A model generated the notes under the pieces. It ran no database searches, had not been told where the DNA came from, and saw nothing but the letters and a program-made list of their open reading frames with translations. A stretch of 64,000 nucleotides of DNA from Oscillospiraceae bacterium (GTDB lineage: Bacteria > Bacillota > Clostridia > Oscillospirales > Ruminococcaceae), in assembly GCA_018110825.1 (NCBI GenBank), contig JAGBCL010000046.1, positions 3,064-67,063 of the forward strand, given 5' to 3'. Numbering within the stretch: position 1 is the stretch's first letter; each line of letters opens with the position of its first letter. Shown piece after piece: positions 1 to 8,454 of the stretch. The position numbers were made by a program, and so were the translations under genes.

Positions 1-21
1 ATATATCGGAAAGGATAGGTT

Positions 22-357
22 ATGAGCAAGAGGACAATAGAAAAGCATATCAAATTCAATGCAGATGAATATGCTGTTGTTTGCAAGAAAGCCAAAGCAT
101 TGAATAAACGTGCTGGTACATATATCCGTGAAATTGCAGTTCGTGGTGAAATCAAACATTACGATATGGTCCAGCTTAACAATCTTCGCTTATCGTTCAA
201 TCGAATAAGTTATGAGCTTAATCAGATTGCAAAGGTTGCAAACAGTACCCATTCGATTTTTCAGAAAGATATTGAAGATATGCAGAAGCAGATGGAGTAT
301 TTTTCAAGGGTTATGGATAATTACCTTTCAGAACTCAAACCGGATTATGTAATATGA
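22..357 (+). CDS. mobC: MobC-type relaxosome accessory protein (ribbon-helix-helix)
   Basis: 111-aa ORF ending 10 nt before the relaxase ATG. It has the N-terminal beta-strand/helix pattern and the LNQIAKVAN motif typical of MobC. It is a clear paralog of the ORF at 52321-52650. Confidence 0.8.
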   Translation: MSKRTIEKHIKFNADEYAVVCKKAKALNKRAGTYIREIAVRGEIKHYDMVQLNNLRLSFNRISYELNQIAKVANSTHSIFQKDIEDMQKQMEYFSRVMDNYLSELKPDYVI

Positions 358-367
358 GGTGGTTGTT

Positions 368-1825
368 ATGCCTTATGTAAAACAAATCTCCGTGCATAAA
401 CATCCGTTGAAGATGATCCGATATATTCTGAATGGTGATAAAAACTCTGAGATGAAATATTCGTCAGGTTTGAACTGTACGCCTGATATTAAGCTTAGCT
501 GTCAGGAACTTTCAGAAGTTTTTGAGAAATTTACCGGTGAGCGTTTTTATAAAAGCTCATTAAATGATGCAGATAAGCAAGCACTTAAAAAACAAAAGGT
601 CAGACTTCATCATTATATCCAATCGTTTGCTCCGGGAGAGGCAACACCCGAAGAAGCTCATAGGATTGGTGTTAAGTGGGCAAAAAAAGTTTTTGGTGAC
701 AAACACCAGGTAATCATATCAACGCACATTGATAAGGGACATTTACATAATCATTTTGCGGTTGCTGCGTATAATCTTGAAGGAAAAGCCTGGCACAGTA
801 ACATAAGGACACTGAAACTATGCCGAGAGATTTCTGACAAACTTGCTTTGGAACACGGGTTAAGTATAATCAAAAATCCAAAACGTAACGCTTCATATAA
901 ATACGGGGAGTGGCTTGCCCGTAAGAACGGGACATCGTGGAAAGTAAAATTGTGCGAAGATATTGATCACTTGATTTTGCAGGACAATGTAAAAAGTGTA
1001 GATGACCTTGTTGGAGAATTACGCAAAAATGGATATGAGGTAAAGCAGGGCAAATACATTTCAGTGAAAGCTCCGAAACAGAAACACGCTATTAGAACGT
1101 TCAGGCTTGGTGATGGATATGATATACAAGATTTGCAATATCGTATCAGTAACAAGAATGAAGAAATGCCGCTTTCTGAAGCAATTAAATATGAAGGCAT
1201 ACAGCGTGAATATGCGTTATGCCTGCGTCAGCTCCAGATTACCGTTTATCGAAACATTGAAAATCCAGTACACGTTGGATATTCAGATTTAAGAAACAGT
1301 GCAGAGCTTCTTTCATTTCTTTGCAATAATAACATACACAGTGTTGAAGATTTTGAAAGCCTTGTAAATAGTGCGGCTGATACAGCTGCTGAACTAAGAC
1401 AAAAGAAAAAATCTATTGAAGATGAGATTACTCAAATTCAACAGATTTGCGGTCCAGCAGAAAAGTTTGTAGAGCTTAATTCAAAGGCAACGTTAAGTCC
1501 ACAGGAAATCAAAACACTGCTTGAACTGAAAAAAACATTACCTTCTGATATTTCAAGTTTGGATGATGTTATGAAATACAGAGTACGGCTTGAAGCACTA
1601 AAAAGCCAACTCGGTGAAACATCGGAACAGCTTGAAGCAGTGAATATACAAAAGCGTGAATATGGCAGATACTATTCGTATTTCATACAGCAGGCTCAAA
1701 GCGATTATGATTTTATCCGTGAGCAGATTAAGAGAGAGCAGGAAGAAATCAAAAGGGCAGAGCAGCTTAAATTGTTACAGGAACAAGGAGAGCAGAGCCG
1801 TCATATAAACAAATGGGTAAAATAA
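368..1825 (+). CDS. Relaxase/mobilization nuclease (Pfam Relaxase-type, MOBQ/P-like)
   Basis: Contains the histidine cluster HIDKGHLHNH and YIQSF, followed by a coiled-coil C-terminus. Homologous to the ORF at 52651-54195. I prefer ATG 368 over the track start GTG 359 because the GAGGTGG RBS lies about 6 nt upstream of 368. Confidence 0.85.
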   Translation: MPYVKQISVHKHPLKMIRYILNGDKNSEMKYSSGLNCTPDIKLSCQELSEVFEKFTGERFYKSSLNDADKQALKKQKVRLHHYIQSFAPGEATPEEAHRIGVKWAKKVFGDKHQVIISTHIDKGHLHNHFAVAAYNLEGKAWHSNIRTLKLCREISDKLALEHGLSIIKNPKRNASYKYGEWLARKNGTSWKVKLCEDIDHLILQDNVKSVDDLVGELRKNGYEVKQGKYISVKAPKQKHAIRTFRLGDGYDIQDLQYRISNKNEEMPLSEAIKYEGIQREYALCLRQLQITVYRNIENPVHVGYSDLRNSAELLSFLCNNNIHSVEDFESLVNSAADTAAELRQKKKSIEDEITQIQQICGPAEKFVELNSKATLSPQEIKTLLELKKTLPSDISSLDDVMKYRVRLEALKSQLGETSEQLEAVNIQKREYGRYYSYFIQQAQSDYDFIREQIKREQEEIKRAEQLKLLQEQGEQSRHINKWVK

Positions 1826-1838
1826 ATGATGAAACGGA

Positions 1839-2102
1839 TCACTCCGTTTCATCAGAAATGGGGGTATCAGAAAATGTAGAAGTTTTATCAGAATTATCGT
1901 TATGGATTTTGTCCTGTTCTTCACAATATTTGTCAATCAGTTCAGTTACATATTTTTTGATTACGGCTCCAGGTGTTGTATTGTGTGATTTGCAGTATTC
2001 TTTAAATATGTCAGCATCATATGTACGCAGACGGCAGGAAAAAGTTTTCATATTTTCCTTATCCCATTTGCGTATTGTTCTTTTTCGGTTTTCAGTCATC
2101 AT
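1839..2102 (-). CDS. Small RHH/CopG-Arc-like DNA-binding protein, probable autorepressor of the divergent promoter region
   Basis: A predicted beta-strand (KTFSCRLR) is followed by two helices. AGGAG lies immediately upstream of the ATG at 2102 (the track start at 2111 is a TTG). The gene is transcribed divergently from the 2278 operon, across a region with paired palindromic operators. Confidence 0.55.
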   Translation of the reverse strand: MMTENRKRTIRKWDKENMKTFSCRLRTYDADIFKEYCKSHNTTPGAVIKKYVTELIDKYCEEQDKIHNDNSDKTSTFSDTPISDETE

Positions 2103-2123
2103 AAAATTCAACTCCTGACAAAT

Positions 2124-2230
2124 AGTATATCACAAACTACGAATACTGTCAACAGTACAGAACAAACAAATGTTTTCGGTGAAGTTTGGTAATATTTAAT
2201 CTTGAAAAGTACTGTTGACAGTACTATAAT
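2124..2230. promoter_or_regulatory. Divergent promoter pair with two copies of the palindrome TACTGT-NN-ACAGTA
   Basis: Plus-strand promoter: TTGAAA (2202-2207), 17 nt, TATAAT (2225-2230), with TACTGTTGACAGTA (2210-2223) inside the spacer. Minus-strand promoter: TTGACA (complement of 2147-2152), 17 nt, TATACT (complement of 2124-2129), with the palindrome TACTGTCAACAGTA at 2144-2157. Confidence 0.65.
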
Positions 2231-2277
2231 GTGATTGTAAGGAAAAATCCCAAAAAACTGAAAGGAGCAGATTTGAT

Positions 2278-2553
2278 ATGAAAACAGACAGAATTGATGA
2301 AATGTCAAAGGAGCTTGATGTGTCATTAGCCTTTATCAAGGCGGCACAGGAAGCCAAAGCTGAAAAGCAGGAGCGTGACAAGCGTAACAAGGAACAGGTG
2401 GTTAAGGCTGCTCAACAGCGTCGCAGACAGAAATATGAGCGTGAAGCCTATGAAAAGTGGCGTATGGAAAATCCTCTGACCGATGAGGAAAGGAAAGAAA
2501 ATAAGCATAAGCTTAACATATTGCTTGGTAAGGAGGACAAATCTGATGAATAA
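2278..2553 (+). CDS. Hypothetical K/E/R-rich small protein
   Basis: 91-aa ORF with an AGGAG RBS. It is the first gene downstream of the plus-strand promoter. Confidence 0.5.
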   Translation: MKTDRIDEMSKELDVSLAFIKAAQEAKAEKQERDKRNKEQVVKAAQQRRRQKYEREAYEKWRMENPLTDEERKENKHKLNILLGKEDKSDE

Positions 2554-2764
2554 GGCAGAGCTGAAACAGATTGAGAAGCTGAAAAGGGAATACCTTAAAC
2601 ACAAGCAGATCGCAGACGAGATTTTCAATCGCAGTAAATATGAATATGAAGCGTTGGACGTCTGCGAGAAGCGTAAGGGTGACCAGGCTTACGGCTATGC
2701 ACAGGGAATATACCAGGCATTATCAATTTTGGGACAAGCGGCAGAATTGCCGATTATGTCATAA
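2546..2764 (+). CDS. Hypothetical small protein
   Basis: The internal ATG at 2546 is preceded by AAGGAGG. It overlaps the stop of the previous gene, suggesting translational coupling. Confidence 0.45.
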   Translation: MNKAELKQIEKLKREYLKHKQIADEIFNRSKYEYEALDVCEKRKGDQAYGYAQGIYQALSILGQAAELPIMS

Positions 2765-2790
2765 ATTATTATATTATAGGAGGAACTATT

Positions 2791-3168
2791 ATGTATATTG
2801 AAATCAGTGAAGCATCTTATGAGAGAGTTATGAAGGCAGTAGAAGATATAAATATGTGTTGTGTCACAGAGGATGATTATAACGATTGGGAAGATATAGC
2901 TTCATCTTCTATTGCTGCATTTATTGACGACCTTAATGACGAACAGCTTGAAATGACCTGCGGAGCGTTTATCGAGTACATCGAAGATACAGCCGAAAGC
3001 GACAGAAATATGGCAATGGGTGTTAAGACAGCTCTTGAACGTGCATTAAAGGAAATGCTTGATAACGCAGGAGTTATTTCTGAAGATGATGATGAAGAAC
3101 GAGTTTTCTTAATCAACGCTATGAAGAACAGTCTGAAGGCTGTTGAAAAAGCAGAGGTAGGTGAATAA
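2791..3168 (+). CDS. Hypothetical, strongly acidic 125-aa protein
   Basis: ORF with a GGAGG RBS. D/E residues are dense throughout (e.g. EDDYNDWED, SEDDDEE). Confidence 0.5.
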   Translation: MYIEISEASYERVMKAVEDINMCCVTEDDYNDWEDIASSSIAAFIDDLNDEQLEMTCGAFIEYIEDTAESDRNMAMGVKTALERALKEMLDNAGVISEDDDEERVFLINAMKNSLKAVEKAEVGE

Positions 3169-3171
3169 TAG

Positions 3172-3957
3172 ATGGGAAAGATTATTGCTATTGCAAATCA
3201 AAAGGGCGGTGTGGGAAAAACAACTACTGCCGTACATCTTGGAGCAGCTTTGCAGATGAGCGAGAAAAAGGTGCTTCTTGTTGACTTTGATCCACAGGGC
3301 GATACATCCGCATATATGGGATTTGACGATGAGGACGGCAGAACAATAAGCCAGGTGATTGAGGAGTATGTTAGGGGTGGCAATGCGAATATTCGTGAGG
3401 TTATCCGCATAAGCGAACAGAATGATAACATTGCATATATACCGTCTGATATTTCTCTTGCAGGTGCAGAGATGTATCTCATATCGGTAATGTCGAGAGA
3501 AACAGTGCTTAAAAGGCTTCTTGAAGAAATCCGTGACGATTATGACTATATCATAATTGACTGTCAGCCTTCGCTCGGTGTCCTTGTTCTGAACGCTCTT
3601 GTGGCGGCAGACGGTGTTGTAATACCGGCACAGACGCAGGAATTTTCCAAAAAGGCACTGAAAGCTATAACCGATATTGTGGGACAAGTTCAGCACAGCA
3701 TTAACCCGGAACTGAAATTCCTCGGAATACTTCCGACAATGGCTGATAACACAGCTATGACAAAGGATACCCGACAGGAATACGACAATAGTTTTGGACA
3801 GCTCATCTTCCCGATGAACATATCAAAGTCGGTAACTGCGGCGTACTCCAGCAGGGATAAGAAAGCGTTATGTTTCAAAGCAAATTCCAAAATCGGCTGT
3901 GAATACCGTATGTTTGCCGCAGAGGTCGAAAGGAGAATAGGCAATGAGCAAGTTTGA
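3172..3957 (+). CDS. parA: ParA/Soj-family partition ATPase
   Basis: Deviant Walker A motif NQKGGVGKTT, plus VDFDPQGD and IIIDCQPS motifs. The gene overlaps the downstream parB-like gene. Confidence 0.9.
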   Translation: MGKIIAIANQKGGVGKTTTAVHLGAALQMSEKKVLLVDFDPQGDTSAYMGFDDEDGRTISQVIEEYVRGGNANIREVIRISEQNDNIAYIPSDISLAGAEMYLISVMSRETVLKRLLEEIRDDYDYIIIDCQPSLGVLVLNALVAADGVVIPAQTQEFSKKALKAITDIVGQVQHSINPELKFLGILPTMADNTAMTKDTRQEYDNSFGQLIFPMNISKSVTAAYSSRDKKALCFKANSKIGCEYRMFAAEVERRIGNEQV

Positions 3958-4921
3958 TATATCTTCAATGGTTGAAGTACCTGACAGCGTGAAAAAGGGA
4001 GTAAGGCTCATTGACATAAAGAGCCTTGTTCCATACAAACAGCATTGCTTCACTCTGTACAGTGGCGAAAGACTTGACGATATGGTAAGGAGCATACAGA
4101 ACAACGGTGTAATTGTTCCTATAATCGTGAGGAACATCCCCAACAGCGATAAGTTTGAAATACTGTCGGGACATAACCGAGTGTATGCGGCAGGTATGGC
4201 GGGTAAGAAGAATGTACCTGCCATTGTAAAGGAAAATCTTTCAGATGAAGAAGCTTCTGTTTATGTAATAGAAACTAACCTTATCCAACGTGGATTTAAG
4301 GACCTAAAGATTTCCGAACAGGCTTTTGCTATTGCTTTAAGATACAAGAAGCTGTTTGACAGCAAGAAAATAAGAGCTATCAATGATGAGTTACAAGCAC
4401 TTGAAAATGGTGCCCCAGTGGGGCACGAAAAGAGTGATACTCCGGTGGAGCACGATAATAAGACAAGGTTAAGGGATATTACAGCTGAGGAATATGGTAT
4501 AGGACACTCAACTGTTGCACGACTTTTGCGTATCAATGAGCTTACAGATGATTTAAAGAAAATGGTTGACGAGGGCAGTATTAAAATACGCACAGCGGTT
4601 GAGCTGTCTTTTATCCCTCACGAACTGCAAGCGTACATTTACACGGTAATTCAGAAGCACAGTATCGAAACTGTTGATATGAAAACGGCAAAGCAGCTCC
4701 GTGACATTGTTTCATCGTACAGCAATCCCTCAAAGAAACTTATAGAGGAAACTCTGATAGGTGAGCAGAAAGAGCCGACACCTAAAGAGAAAGCATATAA
4801 GGTTACTGTCCCGACGGAAACATATACAAGGTATTTTGAGAATGTACCAAAGAAGGAGATTTCGGGTATCATTGAGAAGGCTTTGAAGATGTATTTTGAC
4901 AGTGTGGCAATAACAGAATAG
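3944..4921 (+). CDS. ParB/Srx N-terminal-domain protein (ParB-like, with central HTH)
   Basis: ILSGHNRVYAA corresponds to the GxRR box region. An HTH is present (YGIGHSTVARLLRI). The gene is coupled to parA. Confidence 0.8.
   Translation: MSKFDISSMVEVPDSVKKGVRLIDIKSLVPYKQHCFTLYSGERLDDMVRSIQNNGVIVPIIVRNIPNSDKFEILSGHNRVYAAGMAGKKNVPAIVKENLSDEEASVYVIETNLIQRGFKDLKISEQAFAIALRYKKLFDSKKIRAINDELQALENGAPVGHEKSDTPVEHDNKTRLRDITAEEYGIGHSTVARLLRINELTDDLKKMVDEGSIKIRTAVELSFIPHELQAYIYTVIQKHSIETVDMKTAKQLRDIVSSYSNPSKKLIEETLIGEQKEPTPKEKAYKVTVPTETYTRYFENVPKKEISGIIEKALKMYFDSVAITE
4420..4440. repeat. GC-rich palindrome GTGCCCCAGTGGGGCAC (+GAAA), copy 1, inside the parB-like CDS
   Basis: Perfect 8-bp arms around a single central G. 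The identical 21-mer recurs at 22813-22833. A degenerate half-site, GTGGAGCACGA, follows at 4446-4456. Confidence 0.8.
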
Positions 4922-4927
4922 TATGGA

Positions 4928-4974
4928 AAAGGCAGCATAAAAGTTTGGTATAAGCAAGCTTTTGTGTTGCCTTT
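4928..4974 (+). terminator. Putative stem-loop terminator after the parB-like gene
   Basis: AAAGGCAGCA pairs with TGTTGCCTTT (one G-U pair), followed by GTTTTA. The loop is large, so confidence is moderate. Confidence 0.4.
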
Positions 4975-5041
4975 GTTTTATAAATATGATATAATTAAAC
5001 ATAGTATAAATCCATATTTTTCAATTATGAGAGGTATTGTT

Positions 5042-6811
5042 ATGGCAGATACATATATAAAATACATAGATCGTTCAATTGCTTCAGCCTTTACAGATTT
5101 ATATATAGTTCCAGACTATCAGAGAGAATATGTATGGACTGATACGCAGGTAGAGCAACTTCTATCCGACTTAATGGAAGCTTATGCAGCAGACAGCAAA
5201 AAAGCATATTTTCTTGGTACAATCGTTACTTTTGATGAGGGAACACGTTTTGAACTGATTGACGGACAGCAGAGATTGACCACCTTTTTTATTCTCTTGT
5301 GTGCAATAAAACATATATATGCACAGAATAATGAAAAAGCAGGAGCAATAGAAAAGCTTATATACAGTGAGGTGATGAATGACTACGGTGATACCGTAAG
5401 TCAGTATCATTTGCAGCTTCAGTATGAGGACGCCGGAAACTGTCTTGAACTTATAGAAAAAGGTGAGGATAAGCCTAAAAATATAACACAATCAGGTGAA
5501 CGGCTCTTTAATGCGTATAATATAATTCTCAATACAATGGAGGATAAATTTTCGGATTTTGCTGAGTTAAAGAAATTTGTGGTGTTCCTGCTTAATAAGA
5601 CAAGCTTTATCAGAATTGAAACATATGATATAACAGACGCATTAAAGATATTTGAAACCATTAACCAGCGAGGAAAAGGACTGGATCCTATGGACCTGCT
5701 TAAAAATATGGTTTTCAGACAAGTTGATAGAAGTAAGTTCAAAGAACTTAATATGAATTGGAAAGCTATTACCACAGCTCTTGAACAGATTGATGAAAAG
5801 CCATTGCGTTTTCTCCGTTATTTTATAATGGCTAATTATGATACGTCAGAAAGCAAAGATGGTATCATTCGTGAAGAACAGATTTACTCCTGGCTAAGTG
5901 CAAACAAGGCACAGTGCAGATATGAGGAAGAACCATTCAAGTTTGTTCAGAAGATGAAGGATAACGTTGATGTATATGTAAAGTGTAGACAGCCTGAAAA
6001 TAATCTGAACGGCAATATACACCTTAAAAATATACCAATGCTTGCAGGTAAATCATATAAACTTCATCTTATGCTTATGCTTGCTGCGTCAAATATGGAT
6101 GAAGAAGCTAACGAATTATTTAAAAAAACTATTGAATCAGTAGTATATTATACTGTAATTGATAAGGTTGCTACAAATGTTACAGAGCGTACATTTGTAT
6201 TATGGTGCCGTAGGATAAGACAGATAAAAACTATTGAAGAATTGCAGAGCTTCATAAATGAAATCATTGTTCCGACAGTTAATGAATGGAAACAGGATAA
6301 TGAAATTAATTTCCTGCGTCTTGGTTTAAATAGTATGCAGCAATACAGAATAAAATTTATTCTTGGTAAGATTACTGCGTATGTTGACTCATTAAGGTTA
6401 GGAAAAGATACTGTTGACAGCCTTGAAGCATATATACCATCTGCTGTTGAAATTGAACACATTATGCCACAGACCTGCCCTGATATGTCAGCGTATGATA
6501 TTACAGAAGAAGAATTTAATGTATATATAAACAGGCTTGGAAATCTTACTCTCCTTGAAAATACACTTAATAAATCTATCCATAATGATAAGTATGACGA
6601 GAAGTTAAATGCGTACAAACAGTCAAGGTTTTATCTTACGTCAGCAATATCAGAGCTTGTTAATCAGGGACAGAATACTGCTATAACAAGAACAAATAAT
6701 ATTCTTTTATCTTGGAGTGTCTGGACAAAGCAGTCCATAGAAGAACGTCAAAGGATGTTGTATGATTTAAGTGAAAGAATATGGGCTTTCAATGATAACA
6801 AGACTGATTAA
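5042..6811 (+). CDS. GmrSD-like type IV restriction enzyme (DUF262 + DUF1524/His-Me finger)
   Basis: N-terminal motifs PDYQREYVW and DGQQRLTT (DUF262). C-terminal motifs EIEHIMPQ and NRLGNLTLLENTLNKSIHN (DUF1524 HNH-like). I chose the ATG at 5042 (GAGAGG RBS). An extended -10 (TGATATAAT) lies at 4987-4995. Confidence 0.8.
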   Translation: MADTYIKYIDRSIASAFTDLYIVPDYQREYVWTDTQVEQLLSDLMEAYAADSKKAYFLGTIVTFDEGTRFELIDGQQRLTTFFILLCAIKHIYAQNNEKAGAIEKLIYSEVMNDYGDTVSQYHLQLQYEDAGNCLELIEKGEDKPKNITQSGERLFNAYNIILNTMEDKFSDFAELKKFVVFLLNKTSFIRIETYDITDALKIFETINQRGKGLDPMDLLKNMVFRQVDRSKFKELNMNWKAITTALEQIDEKPLRFLRYFIMANYDTSESKDGIIREEQIYSWLSANKAQCRYEEEPFKFVQKMKDNVDVYVKCRQPENNLNGNIHLKNIPMLAGKSYKLHLMLMLAASNMDEEANELFKKTIESVVYYTVIDKVATNVTERTFVLWCRRIRQIKTIEELQSFINEIIVPTVNEWKQDNEINFLRLGLNSMQQYRIKFILGKITAYVDSLRLGKDTVDSLEAYIPSAVEIEHIMPQTCPDMSAYDITEEEFNVYINRLGNLTLLENTLNKSIHNDKYDEKLNAYKQSRFYLTSAISELVNQGQNTAITRTNNILLSWSVWTKQSIEERQRMLYDLSERIWAFNDNKTD

Positions 6812-6821
6812 AGGAATGGAT

Positions 6822-7022
6822 ATGAAGGAACAACTCATAAAAGACACATTGAACGGTATGCGTGAAAGATACAGAAATGACAGTGATGTACTGTCGGCAA
6901 TAGAACGAGAGGAACAAGATTTAAAGTATATTCTTGATAAAGAAGATGATAGTGAATACAAGGGACAAACAGCGTTACAGCATTTAAGAATGTTTCAGGC
7001 ACATATTGAATACTGGAATTGA
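6822..7022 (+). CDS. Hypothetical small protein
   Basis: 66-aa ORF just after GmrSD, with an AAAGGA RBS. I found no recognisable motif. Confidence 0.35.
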   Translation: MKEQLIKDTLNGMRERYRNDSDVLSAIEREEQDLKYILDKEDDSEYKGQTALQHLRMFQAHIEYWN

Positions 7023-7100
7023 AAATGGGCAGGTTGAGTAATCATCGTGCCTATATAAACTGACGTATATATTGAAATAATAATGTAAAGAGGTAATTGA

Positions 7101-7343
7101 ATGGAAAACAAGTTTTTACTTGACAGGGCATTATATAAACGAATAAAAGGGTTTGACAAAAATCGTATGCAGCAGTTTATAGAAGAAATATATAATTGTG
7201 CTGCAAAAGAAGTTCAAGGAGGTGAATCGGTTACACTTGATATGCAAGAACTTCGTAGTGAGTTAGGTCAGATTAAAGGAATAGGGGAAAATCGTCTTAA
7301 TGAGATTATGTTAGTAATAGAAAAGCATTTGGAGAATAAATAG
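7101..7343 (+). CDS. Small helix-hairpin-helix-like protein
   Basis: 80-aa ORF with a GAGG RBS. IKGIGENRLNEIM resembles an HhH motif (hxGIGxxxA). Confidence 0.4.
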   Translation: MENKFLLDRALYKRIKGFDKNRMQQFIEEIYNCAAKEVQGGESVTLDMQELRSELGQIKGIGENRLNEIMLVIEKHLENK

Positions 7344-7362
7344 TATAATACATCTCTGCTGG

Positions 7363-7394
7363 AGTCTTCGAGAAATCGAAGGCTCTTTTTTATT
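7363..7394 (+). terminator. Rho-independent terminator
   Basis: AGTCTTCGA, GAAA loop, TCGAAGGCT (one G-U pair), followed by CTTTTTTATTT. Confidence 0.8.
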
Positions 7395-7587
7395 TCGTTG
7401 GGTTTACAAATAGTTTACAAAAAGTTCAGGCACATTTAATCTATGACTGAACTGTTAAAAAGCACGTCTTTTAGTGTATTAAAATTAAGTTTATTCTACT
7501 CTCTTTACAAATGAGTGAATTGTAGTGTACTCTAATGAACTCTACCGAATATGCTATAATAATATCAGAGGAAAGGAGAGAAATGAA

Positions 7588-8454
7588 ATGAAAAAGATAA
7601 TGATAGTAATTTTCTCTTGTATTGCAGTTATTATGACAGGCTGTACCGTTCAGAACAGTGCCGACAGTGATATTCCGCAGGAAGAACAGGAAATCAGGGC
7701 TGTAACGGAATGGTTTTCTGAAAGTATGACCGATGAGGACGAGTTCCCCGACGTAAAGGATTATCAGTATTATGCAAGAAGCCTTGGTCTTGAAAAGGAC
7801 GCTTTTCTTAACGCTGATATGTGGGAAGTGTTCTATAATGATAGTATAAACATCAATCGTGAGATTGACGGCATCGCATACTACCTCATAAGGCTTAATC
7901 CCGAAAAGCTGATTGAAATATACGCAAAGAATAATAACTGTACAACAGATGAAATCTGTAAAAAGCTGTCCCTTACTTATGACCAGCTTTATTACAATTT
8001 CGGCTGTACAGCTTCATCGGTTGATTATACGAAAAATCATAAGGATAACAAATCAGCGTATTCACAGCTTGAAGCAGATATTTTTGGCAGGGATAACGGA
8101 GAGAACAGACATATAGTGTTGAGTACACATATTCTTGCTGTTGATGTTGAGGACGGAAATTCCGTTACATATTCAGAGGGCACGGAGCAGCTTACAATCC
8201 TCCGAAGAGATTTACTTAAAAGCACTACAAAGCTCACCCATAATTACAGCGAATACACAGAAGATGAGAAAAATCCAGCTTTTTATGTAAATGGAGTTGG
8301 TATAAGACGAGTTCTTCCGCTGTCAATCCCAAACGCATACAGAGAAGCTGTTGACACGGATATTACGGTAATGCTTAATCTGTCACCTTTTTCATACGGC
8401 TGTACAGAAGAAGATAAAATAACACTTCCTGTTGAAAGCGAGGTTGAGGAATAA
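7588..8454 (+). CDS. Putative lipoprotein
   Basis: MKKIMIVIFSCIAVIMTGC is a signal peptide with a lipobox. AGGAGAG lies 7 nt upstream of the ATG at 7588. The track start at 7525 is probably too long. Confidence 0.65.
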   Translation: MKKIMIVIFSCIAVIMTGCTVQNSADSDIPQEEQEIRAVTEWFSESMTDEDEFPDVKDYQYYARSLGLEKDAFLNADMWEVFYNDSININREIDGIAYYLIRLNPEKLIEIYAKNNNCTTDEICKKLSLTYDQLYYNFGCTASSVDYTKNHKDNKSAYSQLEADIFGRDNGENRHIVLSTHILAVDVEDGNSVTYSEGTEQLTILRRDLLKSTTKLTHNYSEYTEDEKNPAFYVNGVGIRRVLPLSIPNAYREAVDTDITVMLNLSPFSYGCTEEDKITLPVESEVEE

